Source of the DNA: Puccinia triticina
Taxonomy: Eukaryota
NCBI GenBank assembly: GCA_026914245.1
Contig: CP110440.1
Location: 3,968,001 to 4,032,000, forward strand
Reading direction: 5' to 3'
Length of the DNA stretch: 64,000 nt
This document shows positions 1-12,904 of the stretch, piece after piece. Each line of letters starts with the position of its first letter. The stretch's first letter is position 1. A program made the position numbers and the translations under genes. The notes below the pieces were generated by a model. The model had not been told where the DNA came from. It did no database searches and was given only the letters and a program-made list of their open reading frames with translations.

Positions 1-1125
1 TGAGGGATGATACAGCGTGCTTCTGCAGAAGAGATGGGCATACCAAAGGTGATCCCTTTGCCGACAAGCGCCACCGTCGGCTTGAATCCGCCTGCCCCGC
101 CGCTCGCGCCCTTGTAGTGGATCTCTAGAAACTTGCATGGCTCGTTCGTACCCCGAGCCACCGATAGGAACGAGTTCATCTTTTTGGCCTCGGCCCAAGC
201 TTAGAAAACACCGACCAAAGGGACAAGCAAAAAACAGAAGCGATGATGGTGAGAAAAGGAGAGCCAAGACAAGGTAAGATACGGGGGTGCGAACATTTAT
301 CGTGGACGTGGATGTCAACGTTCTTGATGCCCTGGAACTCCTTGGTGATCCTCTCGCAGAACAGGGTCGGGGTCATCAGGTTAGCCGGGCTTTCCATGAG
401 CTCCCGGGCGAGGTTCTGGGCCTGGCCGAAGACGAGGCCGGATGCCCAGTCGAGCCCGATGAGCTTGCCGTTCGCCTTCTCGATCGACAGTTGTGCGGGC
501 TGGTCGGTCAGCGGCTTGTAGGTGATCGGGGTCCGTTTCTCGACAGCATCTTTCTTCGTCTTGAGACTCTGTTGTGACACACAGAAAAAGAGAAGGAGAG
601 AGAGACAAGCATGAGTGATATGGAAGAACGGCGAAGGGAGCGATGCGGAGCACTGACGTAATTAAAGGTCGAGACGGTGGCTCCGACGGCGGCAGCATGG
701 GAGCTCCAGACGGTGTCGACAAGGACCTCTCTGGTATGGTTGATATGTTCCTTCAAGGCCTTTGCGCCAGAGCCGACGATCTTGCGGGTCTTGTCGGCCT
801 TCTCGATCTCGGAGAGTCCGTCGGCGATCTTGCCGGTGCCGACGGCAGCGATGGCGGTGGACTCGGGGCCGAAGAAGACCTTGGTCTCGAGCGGCTTGCC
901 CTTTACCGCGGCGTTCTTCCAGTGCTCGCCGAGGATGGCGTGGTACTTGGTGGATGCACTCGTCGGCTGGGCCGCCGTCCCGTCCGGCTTGACCGCGAGG
1001 ACTACCCCCGGTGCTGTGGCTGTGGTCGACATCCTGGCTGATCGGCTCGTGAGTGGTTGGGCTGGGATGGTCGTGGGTGTGGGCAGGTGGAGGGGATGGT
1101 GGGATCGGAGCAGTCGAGGAAGCAT
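1..1125 (-). CDS. Leucyl aminopeptidase (peptidase M17), 5' part; gene continues past the left edge
   Basis: Spliced reading gives [29 protein letters not shown] and [10 protein letters not shown] (M17 motifs). Introns at 657-569 (GTCAGT..CAG) and from 294 (GTTCGC..AAG). Arg-rich N-terminus resembles a mitochondrial presequence. Confidence 0.93.
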
Positions 1126-1236
1126 CTAAGGCTCTTCACAGCACTTTCTCACAGCAAAAAACACAAAAACACTTCTCCCAGGAAGCATCCACTCAGCGGC
1201 TCAGTTTCATCCCGCTGACTTCTCTGTCACGGGACA

Positions 1237-1464
1237 GACTACCAAAAATTACCACATGCACTCCAATAAGTAGTGTATTTCTGTGGAATCCAAAAACATT
1301 GGAGTGCACAGTGCTCCACTCAAAAGAAATTGGAGTGTGATTGGCCACCCCAAGAAAATGAGATTTTGCCACTCCATTTTCTTTGGAGTGGAACACTGTG
1401 CACTCCAACAATGGTTGAAGTGGACTACTTTTTTTTGGAGTGCATGTGGCAATTTTTAGTAGTG
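1237..1464. mobile_element. Small foldback/MITE with CACTA-like termini
   Basis: gactaccaaaaattaccacatgcactccaa at the left is an inverted repeat of ttggagtgcatgtggcaatttttagtagtg at the right; internal ggagtg/cactcc subrepeats; no clear TSD. Confidence 0.7.
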
Positions 1465-1551
1465 TGTGAAGACTGCCCCATTCCCTGGATGCCTATTAAC
1501 ACCTTGTGTTGATCTGGATGCACCTTCATTGAGCAAGCCTCTCAGCAACAC

Positions 1552-2668
1552 CACAAGAGCCACACTGCGCGTAGCAAAAGCGTAGGAATTTTGACCCCAC
1601 TTTGCTACACTTCTAGTAGCGGGCTAGGTGCTATGCTTTTCACTACTTTTCTTAATGGAAAAATGCACAAAAATAGCAAGCTATCTTCAGCGGCAAGTAG
1701 CAGCATTCTGCTACACTTCTTGCTGCAGTAGTGGGAAAAACACTACGTGAGTGATTTTGCTGTGCTACTGTGTGTCAGCCAAATTTCAATCCTCAACATC
1801 ATAAAGTGTTGGAGGATTGATGAATAATTAGTATCTGTGGCATTTTCCACCAAAAAGCAAACTTGCCCACTACACTTTTGGCACAAAAGCAGCCCCATTT
1901 GCTACACTTTTGGCGCTACAGAGCGCTTATAGCGCCAGAAAGTGCCAAAAAGTGCCAATTCAGCCGCTACACCAAACTTTACCAAAATCAGAAAAAACCT
2001 GCTTTGAAACATGCAGTTCAAATCTGCAGTAGCAGTGCTGGCACTTTGCTACCACTCTAAGTAGTGGTTTTCCGCTAGCACTAACACTACTCTGTATCAA
2101 GAGTAGCAGGGGTTTCCTTTGCAACGGTGTATCCGCTGCGTTACACTACAAAAAGCGGCCTTTTAGCGTAGCGCAGCGGTTGACCGCTACGTGACCAGAC
2201 CAAAAAGCAATAGCGCAGCGGTGTTCTTGCTGCACTACTTGCTACGCGCAGCGATTGTCCGCTACCCTCCCAGGGCCATTAGCAAAAGCGCAGCAAAAGC
2301 AAACATTTGCTACGCTACCCGCTAAATTAGCGCTAAGCGGATAGTGGAACAGTTTTATGTTCTAAACATGTTTTTATGTGTTTTAAAACCTTTTTCCTTT
2401 TTTTTTTTTGGCTCCCACATGGCATAGAGAAAAGCAGCGCTGACCGCTACGTGATTGCTTCTTTAGCACGCTATTTTTATATTTTTTTTCCGGGAAGATC
2501 AAAAAGCATGTAGCACAGCAATCTGCCTGCTGCACGTGGCGCGTAGCGCAGCAACCCAAGAAATTGCTTTGCCAACCGCTTTGCTGCGCTAAATGCAGCG
2601 CAGCGGATACACTGTTGTCCTTTGCTACACAAAAGCTCTGCTTTTTGTAACAAAGCGTAGCTCTTGGT
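1552..2668. mobile_element. Degenerate non-autonomous TIR element rich in GCTAC/GTAGC motifs (host of the 2122-2617 element)
   Basis: Ends caagagccacact / agcgtagctcttgg are imperfect inverted repeats; dense gctac/gtagc subterminal motifs in both orientations. Confidence 0.55.
2122..2617. mobile_element. hAT-like MITE
   Basis: TIR caacggtgtatccgctgcg / cgcagcggatacactgttg (1 mismatch), flanked by direct repeat tcctttg(c). Confidence 0.8.
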
Positions 2669-2889
2669 TACTGTATACTGATTGAGTAAAAACTTTTACA
2701 TGTCTTACCACATCACCCTTGGCCCATCCTTGGCATCTTGCTAGTTAAAACCCTCTCAGACACAGTTAGTTACCTAAGGATACAGGCTGACATCTAGCCT
2801 GTTTCAACTTGGCTTGGTTTGCAAGGATTCCAGATTGATAGTGGAATTCCTTGTCTAGATAGTAGGGTAGAAGGTTTTCATGATAATAC

Positions 2890-4462
2890 AGGGTTTTGAA
2901 GTGGGCCAGGTGCAACTTGCATGCACTTTTGCAAGTTGGTGTTCAAGTTCATTCTTGAACACTGAGTTGCCAAAGTGCATGCCACATTGTACTACACCCC
3001 CTAAGAGCATCTGCATTGGTTGCAGATTAAAAGAGGATTACTGTAACTCATCCTCCTCGGCAGCCACATTGGGTTCAATTTAATTGGACTAAACTTGTCC
3101 TGGGAGTACAATTTGGAGGAAGCAAGAGTAAATTTACTTCACACTAATCCTGGGAGTAAGCGCTGCATGCAGACACTCCTCCCCACCCAAAAGTATGTAC
3201 CAAACACAGCTTACATAAGCCGCAGGTGCATACAACATACTTACACATCTTTTTATCCCACACCAATGTGGTTGCCGGCCTGGCTTAGCACTAATAGAAT
3301 TTGCATTTGTTGGGTTAAGTTGATGGTTTTGAGCAACTTAACCCAAGCGGCAATCACATTGGTCCGGGCTAACCCCAGGTAAAAAAGCCTCAGTTTTGAT
3401 TTCAGGCTAAGGTCAGCTAAATTTAGCAAGCCTTAACCTGAAATCTAGCCTCAGGCTAGGGCGGTCTGCAACTCATTTCAGCTCAAGCTTAACAAAGCCT
3501 CCCAGTGAGGCAGCCCCGCAGGTTCTCTGTCTCACAGAGAGGCTTACCTGCAAAAACCTGTATCTGGCCTGAGAGCTCCAGTAATATCAGCCTGTATCAG
3601 GCTTTTTTCACTTTTTCCTTTTTTGTAAATCAACCATCACCCGCTGAGGCTGCCCCGCAGTACTTAAGAAGTCCTCAGGAGTGCGCTTCTTCTGATGCAA
3701 TTTAGGCCTTGTAGCTGCCAATATAAGGCCTGATCCTTGCATTTGAAGTTTTCAAACACCAAGAAAAGCGGACCATATTGACTTTGAGAGATTTTTTTTG
3801 TAAATACATGTGGCTTTGTATCAAAAGCTGTTTCAATCTATTGAAAGGCAGTTGAATACTGCATTCTTGCTTACATCAGCAGGAATGTGTCTCAAAAAGA
3901 GGCCTTTTTCAAACTGCTCTCCAGGCCATGAACCAAGTGCTATCAGCCTGTGACTGCCGCCAAATTAAAGAGGAGAGACGGCCTTTCTTTGGTATCCGGG
4001 GCGGGGCTCAGTTCTTTTGGGGGCACAAAGTTGGTCACCTGCAAAAACTAAGAGCTGTACGCGGGGCTCTCAAGCCAGGAATCAGGGATTCCATGCAAGT
4101 CCCTCCCCGACGGGAGGTCACACTTTGTGCTGCGCCTGGCAGGCGAGGGACTTGTGCTAAGTTTGATTTCAGCTCACTTTAGCCTGAAACTGGCCAAACA
4201 AATGTGTTTGCCCACTTGAAGGCAACCTCGTCAGCTAACCTGCCCACAAACCCAGGCTTATTTAACCCAAAAACTTAGCAAACAAATGTGAATGCTCTAA
4301 TCTGGGAGTAAGCAGATCTGTTACTCCTTGAGTTACACCCACACCAATGCGGATGCTCTAAGCCTGATTGATTTTTTTTGAAATTTGGTGTTCAAGAAAA
4401 GCCTTGAACACCAACTTGCAAAAGTACTTGCAAGTTGTGCATGGCCAACTTTGAATCCCCCT
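2890..4462. mobile_element. PIF/Harbinger-type MITE split by nested insertions
   Basis: 2890-3004 and 4359-4462 align end to end with the uninterrupted copy at 38324-38546; junction acaccccc-TAA-gcctg. Confidence 0.85.
3005..4358. mobile_element. PIF/Harbinger (Tourist-like) non-autonomous element
   Basis: TIR gagcatctgcattggt / accaatgcggatgctc with TAA target duplication on both sides; contains a further degenerate TIR element at about 3295-4297. Confidence 0.85.
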
Positions 4463-4682
4463 AATACAGGATTTATGCACATTCATAGGCAATGGAAGAC
4501 AAAGACAAGGATAATTAGATACAAATACAGTCATGAAGAAGATATGAAATGAGGTTTTACAAGAGCCATATCAAGTACAACAACATGAAGGGTGGGTTGC
4601 TGCAAACAAGAGAATTGAGTGATGTAAAAGAGCAGGAAAGGGAAAGATATGTAGATTGAAAGGATTGAAAAAGGGGAAGATT

Positions 4683-6869
4683 TCAAGCTTTCGAGAATCT
4701 CTTCAGTTCTTCTTTGTAGACCGGATACTCGGAATACTTCTCGATGATCCGTTGACTCTCAAGTCTTTGTTGATCTAAATGTATTTGTTCAGTCCCATAA
4801 GTGTCCGTCCACATGTTTGCTAATGATGGTTTGGGCATCTAGTTTTTGTTTGTTTTTTAATTGCATTCATTCAGCAATTGAGTTTTGTAGCATAAGAAAG
4901 GAAGAAAGGAAGATTTATTGTTAGTTTTATAAGGTCATAGAGCATCCAAACCCATTCATTGGCCTGGGCAAAATCTTCCCGGATCATAGTGATACTCTTT
5001 CGAATAACGCAGGAGAGATGGCAGCGAAAAGGGAGGGGATGCGAAAGAGCTAGCCGACCAACCTTTTCAGCCCTTTTGACAGATTTCGAGATATCAGTTT
5101 TCCATTGTTTGATCCGATCTTCTTCCTTAACGGGGTCCCACCAAGCCTTAGATTCCAAGAAAGCCCTCATTCGATTGATAGGATTATCTCGTTTCCTCCA
5201 CTATTGGAATCCCAGCAAACATCAACACTAGTCTGCAACCAACAAACAAACAAAATCCATTGATATGAGGTGTTTTGGCTGTACTTACTTGGTCGACCTC
5301 GTTCGGGTTCCGATACGCACTCGAATCATCACTAGTGCTGTGATGTCCAACTCGATAAGTCATCGCTTCCACCATCACCGCTCTGCCGGCGCCTTCAAGC
5401 GCCCGTCGACGGGCTTCCCTGGTGGCTAGATAGACTGCTAAAGGGTCATTCCCATCCACTCGGATCGCATCGATACCATATCCTGCAGAATTTACATTAA
5501 TATTTGTTGTTCATTGATGTGCTTCAACTCTTGCTACACCTGGGAAGGAAGACGCGCGCGTATGATTGGATTTTGCTTACCAGCAGCTCGAGAGGCGATT
5601 CCGTCTCCTTTGAACTGCTGAGAGGACGGGGTAGAGATTGCAAACCCGTTGTTCTAGGTAAGGCCGGAAATAAATTCAACAAGTCAGAGAAACGACTGAT
5701 TGGACTAGGGGGCCAACAAGCGATTGATAAATGGACTGACTCTGACGAAAAAGACGATTGGGCCTCCCAAGACACTAGCCATATTAATGCCGGCATGGAA
5801 GTCGCCCTCGCTAGCGGCGCCCTCGCCCAAGTAGCATACCACACAATCGTCCAGCCGTTCGCCCTTCTGTCTCGTTCGTTTGAGTGCATATGCCGCCCCG
5901 GCAGCCTGGGGGATTTGCGTGGCCAAGGGACTGCTGATGGAGTGGAAGTAATGCTTCTTCGAGGCGTAGTGCACCGGCATTTGACGTCCCTTCGAACTTT
6001 CATCTTCCATCGATCCAAAACATTGTGCGATCAAATAATCCAGACTGTGATGTGTACCCCAGAATGACACAAACTTTCGTCAACCATCTGTGCGTGTGTT
6101 TTTGAGTATTCCGGGTGTTCTTGCTGTGAATCTTTCCTCGTACCTGCAGCCCCTCCAGAGTAGAATACCCTGTTCTAAAATCAAACCATTAAAAATCAAG
6201 ATATAAAACCAGCATCTGATTTTGCTGATAAGGAAGAGGTTTTTTTTTTCAAGAATCACACACACACCTCTATATTGAGCAAACACCTCATCGTGGTCAC
6301 CCAGGGCCGCCGCTGAACCTACGACGGCTCCTTCTTCTCCATAGCTCGTCATGTAAAATGAGATCCGACCATGCCGCTGTAAGTTGCTCATAAATGTATC
6401 CAAGCTAAATAAGCGCCAAGCGGTGGGTCAGCATGAAACAAGAGTCTAGTCAGATTCACTTCTATGTATCTTCCTAGTTTTTCTTTTTTTCCAAAGGAAG
6501 GTCTGTTTTCTCCCTCCAAGGAAAATAAAACAGGAATCTTTTGGGAAAAATATCTGTAGATTACATGGGTAGCCCGAGCATGATTCCGTATACTTTGGTG
6601 GCGAATGATTCGTTTTCGAGTTGATCGAGATGAGGTAAGGGAGTGTTTGGAGGATCGGTCGAGTTCTTTTTACCTACGGGGTTAAGGATTTTGAGGGGGA
6701 TGAGGGGATCGAATAGGATTTGCTGCTGCTGTTCTTGAGAACTGGAGGGAGTGGTAGACAATGACCTCGGCCGAAATGTCGTTTGTTGTTGGTGCAGCTG
6801 CGCCAGTCGAGCATGGCTTCTCGTCGTCGTTCTTCTCAGTCGATTTATCCTCAGCAGTCCTGATATCAT
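4683..6869 (-). CDS. BCKDHA: Branched-chain alpha-keto acid dehydrogenase E1 alpha subunit, mitochondrial (multi-exon)
   Basis: [44 protein letters not shown], ThDP motif [13 protein letters not shown]...[29 protein letters not shown]; Arg-rich presequence; stop TGA at 4685-4683. Confidence 0.96.
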
Positions 6870-7371
6870 CCTGCTCGGCTTCTTGGTCAGTGGTGGTTAA
6901 GGTAAGTATTTTGGAGTGAGGTATCCCTGGAGTTTCTGGATGTAAGGGGCATCTGACCCGCATGAGTCATGACGTCTAGGGATGCCATGCGGGCGGGTCC
7001 AGGCCGCCCGTGGGCCCGCCCGATTGAGGCCGCAAAATCAAGGGCTTAGAAAATTGGCTCCCAGGAATGAAAATTTCCAACTCCCAAAAGTAGCGGATGT
7101 CGAAAAGACCAGTTTTTGACGTCCATCCCAGTTCTCCAGGACCTAAAATTGGCCCGTGGCAATTTTGGGAGTAGGAAATAAATTCATTTCCCTTGTCTGG
7201 GTGTAGGAATACAAATTTCCCAAAAAATGACAAAAATAAAGAAAAAATTGTAACTTCTCACTGGGGAGCCCAAAGCCCCCCAAAATCTTACAGCAGGTAG
7301 AAAACCTCTGAAGAGCACATGAACTGCATGGCATTAGCACATCCCAGAAAAGAAGTGTGCTCACTGCTACT

Positions 7372-8403
7372 CAGGGCATAGCACATTGAATCGAATTGAT
7401 TTGAGTATTTGTATTTGAATTGGATTCGAGTCGAATAATGCCTGGGCAAATTTAAGCTTGAATATTAAAAAAAATTCAAATAATGGCTCAGAGGGGCGCG
7501 TAGAGGGCCAATGCAAGCTTCTCTGGGGCCCAAAGGCCCCAGATGAGCTTGCACAGGCCCTATACCAGCCTCTTTGGTGCAACACAAAAAAAATCTGCCT
7601 CTGGCACTTTGAAAAGTGCGTCCGCCACTACAAAAGGTGCGTCTGCCACTATGAAAAGTGCGCCTGCCACTATGAAAAGTGAGTCCACCACTATCAAAAG
7701 TGTGTCCAGCACTCTGAATAGTGAGTCCGCCCCTATCAAAAGTGCGTCTGTCACTGTGAAAAGTGTGTCTGCCACTATGAAGAGTGCGTCCGGCACTATC
7801 AAAAGTGCGTCCGGCACTATCAAAAGTGTGTCCGGCAGTCTGAATAGTGAGTCTGCCACTATCAAAAGTGCGTCCACCACTATGAAAAGTGCGTCCGCCA
7901 TTATCAAAAGTGTGTCCGCCACTATCAAAAGTGCGTCCGCCACTATGAAAAGTGCGTCCGCCACTATGAAGAGTGCGTCTGGCACTATCAAAAGTGTGTC
8001 CGGCACTCTGAATAGTGAGTCCGCCACTATCAAAAGTGCGTCCACCACTATGAAAAGTGCATCCGCCACTATGAAATATGTGTCCGCCACTATGAAAAGT
8101 GCGTCCGCCACTATGAAAAGTGCGTGCGGCACTCTGAATAGTGCGTCCGCCATTATGAAATATGCCTCTGGCAATATTACAAGTGCCTTTGGCACCACTG
8201 TATTTTTGACGGATGACCCCCTCAAAATTATATGGCCCAGAAATGGGCCAAAATAAGTCAAAAACACAAAAAATGGATTTTTTTGGTGTTTTTAATGTAT
8301 TTTGGAAGTTTTTCAGTCAAATATCTCCGAATACTCGAATATTCGACAAATCAGTATTTGAGGGGCCCAAAAAACGCGTCAAATACCACTGTGCTATGCC
8401 CCA
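7372..8403. mobile_element. hAT-like non-autonomous element carrying a 21-bp minisatellite
   Basis: TIR cagggcatagcaca / tgtgctatgcccca; near-perfect 8-bp flanking duplication ctgctact / gtgctact; tcgaat/attcga subterminal motifs at both ends. Confidence 0.7.
7600..8190 (+). repeat. 21-bp minisatellite (consensus gccactatgaaaagtgcgtcc), about 28 copies
   Basis: Direct reading; both strands give stop-free heptad ORFs (SASATMK / ADALFIV). Confidence 0.97.
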
Positions 8404-9159
8404 GTGCTACTACGGGTCTAATTTGGCGGATATCCTATATACTAAGAAAAAAGTGTGGCACAGGTGCCCCAAAGGGTGTTGAGCTGTAAATTGATGATTG
8501 ATGCATTGTGCATATGCATAATGGTGTGTATGCGTGGAAGGCACATCTAAAAGACTTGCTGGATGCAAGTAAAGTTCTTTTCCTCACTTTCTCAGTTCCG
8601 TTTTTTGCCGTTGAGTTGGTCTGATTGTTTTACTGAAGTCAACTCAACAAGACTGAAGAAAGCTGTCAAATCAAAGAATAATCTTTTGAGGTAACCAATT
8701 TTCAATCACAGCTTGTCAACAAACAGCACACACTTACAATACAACTTGATCACAACAGTTAGGTCAAAGGATTGAAGACAAAATTGTTTCAGGAAGAGTT
8801 TAATCAACACAAGCAATAGGAGGATTATTTTTTGTTTCTGTTAGCGGATTAACCACTAAAAAAATTGTTCTTTAGTTTATTTGTTGTTCTAGTTCTGATT
8901 GTGTTCTCAATTTGACATTGATTGTGTTTGTTGAACTAGTATAGAATGCATATATATCCTGTTAGTTTATTTCTTTATATCACTCTTTCTTGTTGTTGAT
9001 TTGACTCATCTTATGTTTATTTCTATTTGTTGACTAGTTTTTCTACTACTACTACTACTGGCTGAATTCAAATATTATTTGCAACAAAGAGTATTCTTTC
9101 AAACATTACAAAGGGTACCAAAATTTCACTGTGTAAATTAAATTAATCTGTTGCCAGAT

Positions 9160-9380
9160 GGTAGTGCAGGCTCACTTTTGCACCCGCTGGCGGGTACCCG
9201 CCCCCCTTCAGCAGGTGACTGTGTCCCTTGCAGGTAACCAAGGTAGGTTCAGGGTGTTGCATTTTATCAAAAATTAAAGGAAGTAGCTCCCCAGCAGCCC
9301 TGGGTATCTTCAAGGACACACAGTTACCTGCTGAAGGGGGGCGGGTACCCGCCAGCGGGTGCAAAAGTGCCAGCTCTACC
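9160..9380. mobile_element. Foldback MITE with hAT-like TAGAGCTGGCA end
   Basis: cacttttgcacccgctggcgggtacccgccccccttcagcaggt is inverted at 9325-9369; arms about 80 bp; no TSD found. Confidence 0.75.
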
Positions 9381-9599
9381 CTTTAACAAAGACTACGGAC
9401 TAGGCAGGGAACTATGACTTTGTGTAAAGAAAAAGTCTGACACAGGGGAACATGGCTGATCTTCCAATTTGTTTCTTTTGCAATCAGAAGATTTTGCATC
9501 CAGGGGCCAGTTATTTCCAAATTGTTTTGGAGTGTTTATATTGAGTTTTTGCTCACGACATAGACAAATATGATGGCTACTTTTAGAGAGTTGGACATC

Positions 9600-11350
9600 C
9601 TAATCCAGGGGTCGTGTAAATTTATGTAACATGTGTCCAACAAGTCCTTTCTCATGAGGTAGAAGATCATTGCGGCGATGACGAAACTTCTTAAGCAGTG
9701 TCATGAGAACTGGTTCCTTCTTATATGCATTCATCAGATGATATAAGACAGCCAGGGTTGCTACTCTTTTATGAGCTGATGATGAATCAAAATTGACATA
9801 GAGGGTGTTTAGGGATGTCCAACCTTGGTCCGGAGATGAGGACATTGCATCTTGAAGCTGGTCTTCACCCTTGATAATTTCCATAAACACAGCTCGATTT
9901 CCTGGGTAGTGAAATTCAAATGAAAAAGGGGTGTCAAGATCAATGGCTTTCGGTTTGAGATAGCATTTTAGATAGTTTGTTCACTGACGTATATCATCTC
10001 CAAATCCAAACATTAATGCATCAGTGATTTCTAATTTGGGCAAGAGATGCCAGCCAAAAAGTTACTGTGAGTGTGATGCTGTACCAAGAAGAAATATTTG
10101 ATGGTACAACAAACCTTTTTCCCATCTTAAAAAGTCTCCCCAAAAAGCATTGTGGTCGTGAAGATCAAAAACAAACCTGGTCATTATATCGATGTGTGGG
10201 CGAAGCGTGTGACCTTCTTTGTATCTCAACTTCAGGTCGTAGAGACCATACAAGGTAGATTTGATTTTATGTGATGTCGGAACTCCGCGTTGATTTACAG
10301 TAAAAGCAAGAACTGTAAGCCACTCCTTGAATAGTGAAGCTGGGGGATTGTGGGCTTCCAGAATGGTTTTGAACCCAAGTTGTATTAAGCAAGGTGGATA
10401 TTCAGGTGGATATTGCGTATCCTGCATGCCTTCGATGAAACGCCTGAGTGGGTTGTTTTTGTCCCATCCTTCCCACTTGATTTTGACTGAGCCAATCGTA
10501 AATTATTAGCTTCAATCTCAGGTGTGATGAGGACTAGGATTAAATTTGGTATCTTTGACATGGTTGGTGGAAGGAGTAGACTTACTTTTGGCATAGTACA
10601 GAGCAACTGCCGGGGAGCAGAGCCAAGCGGGCCAATAAGAGAAATTAAGAAGAACAGGGTGACAAAAAGATTTCAGCAATTTCTCCGACTCTCAATTACC
10701 GCATGTGCACATTTGAAGCTATGAATCAGTACTTACGCGTCTTCTCATCTGCGTCTTCTGGAATTTCTAAATCTGGACAGAGAGACATGACAGGATACTA
10801 TGGGAATCAGTGAGGTTCTTGGAAACCAATTCTGTCTAGAGGAAGGTGTTGAACAATCTTGAGGCCTACCTGGAGTACGTTCTGGAGATCCACAAAAAAA
10901 GCCTTGTCTCAGTTCTTGTTTAGCGGAACACGATGTGAAGAGAAGGGGGAGAGAAGAATTTGTGATAGACAGTCATGGGGTGTTATTTTACACACCTTGA
11001 ATAAACCGGTCAAAATGTTTCTGGAACTCTGCAACAGCTTGCCTGACTTCGGGAGATGCTGCGGGGGGCATCCAATGTCGAATTTGTTGCGCTGCAGCGG
11101 CTGAGGAGAAAGTAATTCCTGACTCCAGAGAACTGCCAACCGATATTCCTGACTCCAACGAGCTGCCAGCCGATGTTCCTGACCACATGAAGCTGCCATT
11201 CGATATTTCTGACCTCATAGAGTTGCCAGCCGATACGGAGGCGCCGCCTGCCCTCAACTCCATCGCTTGTGCACCATCAGACAGTTGGCAAATGAGAAAT
11301 GAGAGACCTAGGCTACTGAATGTGGGGAATCGCATTAGTGTGGTCCTCAC
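9600..11350 (-). CDS. Lineage-specific candidate secreted protein (multi-exon)
   Basis: N-terminus MRFPTFSSLGLSFLICQLSDGAQA looks like a signal peptide. The ORF pieces at 10427-10062 and 9890-9600 join in frame through canonical introns (GTAAGT..GCTAAT..CAG, GTACAG..TAG, GTCAGT..CAG); the upstream exon joins were checked less fully. No recognisable domain. Confidence 0.7.
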
Positions 11351-12622
11351 TGGTGAGAAATAGTATGATGATTGAGTGGAATGGTGGCCGTTGGGACAGA
11401 GTTTACAAAGTGGGAGGGGCTGTTCTGCTCATCCCCAAGGCCGTGTCTTGTTTCGGAGCAAGCTGCCTGGTCGCGTATGTATTTTATATTCTCATAGGCC
11501 CTGATATCTACGTGTTTCAAGCTGACAACGATTGCATATTGGTTTCAGCGACCCACCATGAAAATGCCGACGTGTCACGTCCACTGTGTACACATAAAGC
11601 AGGGGGAGTTCTCGGGGCAGTGCCACGCCGCGATCCGGTTATGTGGTTGTCACCTTCCGGCGTTAAGTGCCAGCGTAGCAGTACGGAAATCAAGGAAATC
11701 AGATTCACTCCAGCGGACGATAGTCCAAGCCATCGCAGGATCCCTTCCGGAATGTACATTTGCATAAATGTTCACTCGCACTGAGAAGAACGAAGCAGAT
11801 CGGACCAACCGCTTGCCCCCAAAACGGCTGCAAGCACAAATTCTCAAACGCACTTTGCCGGTCTCAAGGATGATCCCGAAGAAGCCCAAAACATGGGGTT
11901 GTGCTCGCGCTTCAACAAGCTGAACTCCTTCAATCGTCAAAGTGGCCTATCTTCATCCTTCCTAAAAGATTCTAAAGGTACATCAACGTAGCCAGCGTGT
12001 GTGTTGGTATTCACCTTTGCTGGCCTGTCTTTACTGCGTGATTTAGATGACTTTGTGTAAGGTCGTGGTCACCGAGTATCTTAACTTGAGAAGCAAAGAA
12101 GATGTTTTATATTTCAAACGTGACAGTCGACTCAGTTGGACAGCCATAATGTAGAGACCGTCTCAGACGGCCAGCAGATCACCGACTTCCAACGATACAT
12201 CAGCAGCTGGACACTCCATCTGCGCCTGCTCAACACCACCTCGTCGCTGGTCGCGATCGACGACCGGGCGCACGACGAGACGCTGAGGAGCATCAATCAA
12301 TCCCGACGGCGCACTCTGACATTACCAGGCTCGACTCTTCACTGCCGCCAATGACCCATCCCACCGATCGGGTCGTCTTCACGGATTCCAACCCCGCTGA
12401 GAAAGAGATGGGTGGTTCGAACTCAGAGGACGACGAGCACGCCACAGGCCCGGTGCTCACGCTCGCCCAGCTATGTCAAAGTCAGTCATAACCTCGTCCG
12501 ACCATGGAAGCTGGCGTCCGTGCAGACCCGCTCCATCCCCCCGTTGGCCACTCAAGTCGACGAGGAGGGCGAGGACAGCTCGGGAAAACACGAGACCGCG
12601 CCGCGGCACCAGACGTATCTTA

Positions 12623-12772
12623 GGCCCCGTTTGGAGCCGATATAATCCGGGCGATATATGAGTTTTTTTGCCTGACATCCTATGTGACATCTGATCAGGT
12701 CCGCCAAAACTTGATCAGATGTCACAAAATTCCAGATTATATCACGCAATTATATCGGCTCCAAACGGAGCC
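12623..12772. mobile_element. Tourist/PIF-Harbinger MITE (150 bp)
   Basis: TIR ggccccgtttggagccgatataat / attatatcggctccaaacggagcc; TTA target duplication; internal inverted repeat tgtgacatctgatca. Confidence 0.92.
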
Positions 12773-12904
12773 TTAAACCCGAACGGGGAGGTGGTGGTGG
12801 TGGCAAACTTAACTAAGTGCCTCCCCAGGGAGGCCGAAGGCCCCTTCTGGGAGGGACTTATGCCTTATGGGTGAAATTTGCCTGAGAGAAATGCCAATAA
12901 TCCT

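Noticed and set aside
243..1129. Overlapping plus-strand ORFs (also those opposite BCKDHA, UTP12 and GOS1)
   Set aside because: Antisense shadows of GC-rich coding exons.
7543..8267. 237-aa and 235-aa ORFs as real genes
   Set aside because: Openness follows from a 21-bp stop-free unit inside a transposon; no independent gene evidence.
9900..10590. Apparent in-frame stops suggesting the secreted-protein gene is a pseudogene
   Set aside because: All fall inside phase-compatible GT-AG introns.
12136..12620. GC-rich coding-like fragment
   Set aside because: No recognisable family, start or consistent splice model.
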